Below the pieces are notes generated by a model, which was not told the origin of the DNA, did not search any database, and saw nothing but the letters and a program-made list of their open reading frames with translations. Positions 62,101 to 64,000 of a stretch of DNA of 64,000 bases are shown here, piece by piece. Made by a program: the position numbers and the translations under genes. The first letter of the stretch is position 1, and each line of letters opens with the position of its first letter. The stretch lies in the IMG/VR virus record IMGVR_UViG_3300037087_000760, positions 62,001 through 126,000 of that record. One strand, given 5' to 3'.

Positions 62101-62888
62101 AAAAGGGATTAGAAAAAAGGAAAGATTATATAATTAAAATGAATAAACTTTCTCAAGATAACAATACTCTGGAAAAGGCCATACAAAAGAACGAAACTTT
62201 ATTAATAGACTACAACAAAAATCTTAAAAAAATTGAAGAAAACAAAGAAACGAATAGTAAAATTGAGCAATCAAGAGTCATTCTTAAACAAATGAACGAT
62301 AAGAAGAAAGATCTGATAGATAAGAAGATTGTTATTACTAATATGATCACTTTACATCGTAAAACCATAGAAGATATGAGAGAAAGATTGAAGAAATATC
62401 AGGAACAGGTATTAAGGGAAGAAATTCATAATGTTTATATCAGTATAATGAGCCGTACAGGATTACCCACTTATTTATTAAAGAAAAATATAGACTTACT
62501 AAATGGGGAACTCTCAACTTTATTATCTAATACCAATTTTGATATGTTCTTTGACGATGAATTAAATTATAAATTAGAACATAATGGATTACCGGGTATT
62601 CAGAACGCTATTGAATCATCTGGTATGGAAAGGACATTCGCTGCCCTTGTTTTGAAAGTCGTTCTAAGGACAATTAACTTCAGATCTAAACCAGCATTCA
62701 TTTTCTTAGATGAAGTGATAAATAGATTATATGGAGAATCTGTTGATAAGTTCGTTGAACTATTAAATGTTATTAAGGAAAAAATTGATAAGATCGTAAT
62801 CATTGAACACAATAATGAAATCATGGCTGATATGATTATTGATGTGAAAAAGGATAAAAACGGAATTTCAAGTTTTGAAATAATTTAA
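59199..62888 (+). CDS. Mre11-Rad50 (SbcD-SbcC, gp47-gp46) fusion nuclease/ATPase
   Basis: DIH, GD, GNHD phosphoesterase; GINQYGKT; CPTC hook; SSGME; FLDE. Confidence 0.92.
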   Translation: MIKRVANCGDIHIPKKLDRHSEYREVFENFYQKLKEQKPDRIVITGDLYNDFIDLENEALILVGEFLTKLASISKVIIIKGNHDVRKKNRNRVDTIETAVTMLSNPSITYYKKSGFYPDENVVWVVWDYLDKINPWKAFPTKKDPDLIYIDLYHNPIIDVKLCNGFIFPKKSVPNITDLKGDISMLSDIHLHQSFVKGTKAYTSSMIQQHFGESSSPKEHGYLLWNIPNKSFEFIPIPNNYAFVNFKLTSPIDYDNLQMSNPDVVQNNKFRVIWTDYSSNINRENEFKIKKYLRDKYSAFNVEDIRFQKFPFHTKIEDSKLISEIININDKQVQQDVIREYLTINHYDEKFIEEIIKIDDIINGRIVTNEATNIVWNIDKITFSNFKSYGDDNVLDLHDTNGLIQINGINQYGKTTILDVICYALYGKTIATTKREKNGENRYINNKRDLNFCEATVIIDINGEKFCIKRRTDREVNSRGEITKCSTVVNYHEGDHISQDPEDSSNKNDETAKRTQKLIQEVLGDFDDFVRLALTNADNLNQLLSIERSVFIDSVVKDAGYEIFEKKLIEFKNYKKELNLEKIVLDPVSVDEQIRDQQEKIQGSENEEYEINQSITEVEERITKGLAIQEKLTLKVHKIDDDIMNLNVENVNYDIETDKKKTTENNETIKSYKEIIDGLPSEFDYRKFNDDVENKSKFEKEHHKKELENVEWGRKMDENNFNIDNVDVKIEMVKTKVINEKKNEISKLTNSINTERNKISSIVNEKIREIDKKVTKIYNEIGKLDNELSQLKSDGIKISGEIKSFENAKNGDKENCPTCGRPMEDCDENHLNKLIEEKRKKFQEISEEAKPKLTKKKELLIEVDTLNNSKNDLSSDYYLKENIIEVKLVYQNIDTIGVQIKKIEEEIDNFDINEIKDDVDKIMLDKEKAEKENREYKDIINENTVIIRKLKVDIDELEKVIAEKNLIKKGLEKRKDYIIKMNKLSQDNNTLEKAIQKNETLLIDYNKNLKKIEENKETNSKIEQSRVILKQMNDKKKDLIDKKIVITNMITLHRKTIEDMRERLKKYQEQVLREEIHNVYISIMSRTGLPTYLLKKNIDLLNGELSTLLSNTNFDMFFDDELNYKLEHNGLPGIQNAIESSGMERTFAALVLKVVLRTINFRSKPAFIFLDEVINRLYGESVDKFVELLNVIKEKIDKIVIIEHNNEIMADMIIDVKKDKNGISSFEII

Positions 62889-62918
62889 TATATACAATAG
62901 AAAACAATAAATTATTTT

Positions 62919-63668
62919 ATGAAAAATTTTTGGTACAGACTCAGATTTTTATGGTTCGCTTATTTGACGAATTATTTTTATCAAGATCATTATCTATTAG
63001 GAACGACTAATCCAACACTTCTTGATGAAAAATTTCCTGATAATAAATATACTTACACTTGGGATAGACCGAGTTGGTCAACTTGGAATAATATAATTTT
63101 TAAAAATTCTCAGGTTAAACTCATTAATAATGAAGTTATCATGACAACAGATCATAATAATGTCCCAAATGAGCCAGCCATTATGAGTGGGGAAATAACC
63201 TCTGCTAATTTCTTAAATAGAACATATGGATATTATGAAGTAAATATGAAGCCTTGTGGATCATGGGATGCTACATGGCTTTTTCAGAGTGCTAATATTC
63301 CAGTAGGTATGGAACATTTTGAGATTGATTTCTCAGAATTCGAATGTGATACAGATAGTGCTTTTACTTGTACGATTTGGACTTATGGTATAGACGGAAA
63401 AGGAATAAATGGTAAAACCTCAGAAATAATAGCATCAAAGCGTTTTCAAGCAAAAAAGAATCTAACAAATAACTATCATATCTTTGGTTGTGATTGGCAA
63501 TCGGGATATGTCGCTATTTATTTGGATAATAAATTACTTTGGAAATATACTGGAAAAAAGATACCTAATACAAATATGTTTTTATGGGCTAATAACTCAT
63601 ATAAAGGTGGATCATTACCATCCTCTAATAGTACAAGAGCATTAAGAGTTAGTGAAAATAAATATTAA
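62919..63668 (+). CDS. glycoside hydrolase family 16-like protein
   Basis: YGYYE, EIDFSE, YHIFGCDW. Confidence 0.8.
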   Translation: MKNFWYRLRFLWFAYLTNYFYQDHYLLGTTNPTLLDEKFPDNKYTYTWDRPSWSTWNNIIFKNSQVKLINNEVIMTTDHNNVPNEPAIMSGEITSANFLNRTYGYYEVNMKPCGSWDATWLFQSANIPVGMEHFEIDFSEFECDTDSAFTCTIWTYGIDGKGINGKTSEIIASKRFQAKKNLTNNYHIFGCDWQSGYVAIYLDNKLLWKYTGKKIPNTNMFLWANNSYKGGSLPSSNSTRALRVSENKY

Positions 63669-63669
63669 A

Positions 63670-63864
63670 ATGAAAGATTTACTTACTAAAATTAATGAAG
63701 CTGCCAACTATATAGCTAAACATGAAAGGACAACAGGAGCCAATTATGTTGTGGTAAGTCCTAAGGTAGCTGATGCTTTTGAAGAAATCAAAATCATTCA
63801 AGATGCAAAAAATATCAATCAGGAAAGGTTCGAAAAATTAAAGAAAATATTAGATGAAGATTGA
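63670..63864 (+). CDS. small protein with C-terminal RxxKLKKILD
   Basis: GANYVVVS; ERFEKLKKILDED. Confidence 0.6.
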   Translation: MKDLLTKINEAANYIAKHERTTGANYVVVSPKVADAFEEIKIIQDAKNINQERFEKLKKILDED

Positions 63865-64000
63865 TATAACATACAATCCATATGAAACTGGAAGTACATT
63901 AGTTAAAGTAGCACCTGATTTTCAAATCATTTCTACATTACAGAGAACGAATATCCAAGATCTATTGAAAGTTTATGATATGGATATTGTGAAAGAACTT

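Overview
AT-rich, gene-dense segment of a very large (jumbo, T4-like) bacteriophage, probably infecting Bacteroidota (many early genes follow a TAnnTTTG -7 promoter box). The window is dominated by translation and RNA-maintenance functions. It holds two large tRNA arrays, one on the minus strand (~6.6-11.5 kb, Glu/Arg/Pro/Thr/Ala/Val) and one on the plus strand (~26.9-30.8 kb, His/Phe/Ser/Lys/Trp). It also encodes a Thg1-like protein, an RF1-like release factor with an in-frame UGA, SmpB, Ro60/TROVE with Y-RNA-like elements, a Mesh1-like alarmone hydrolase, NUDIX enzymes, DnaJ, an M16 peptidase and an Mre11-Rad50 fusion. Main discovery: each tRNA array is preceded by an unannotated leader peptide with a terminator/antiterminator, and the leader's codon run matches the amino acids, largely codon by codon, of the tRNAs downstream. 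This suggests multi-tRNA-sensing attenuators that switch on replacement tRNAs when host tRNAs are depleted. Second: a tRNA-scaffolded mimic of the 23S rRNA uL11-binding domain (H43-H44). Also present are several tRNA/Y-RNA chimeras and a family of proteins with T4-like capsid-targeting N-termini. All calls are by eye; no database searches were run.
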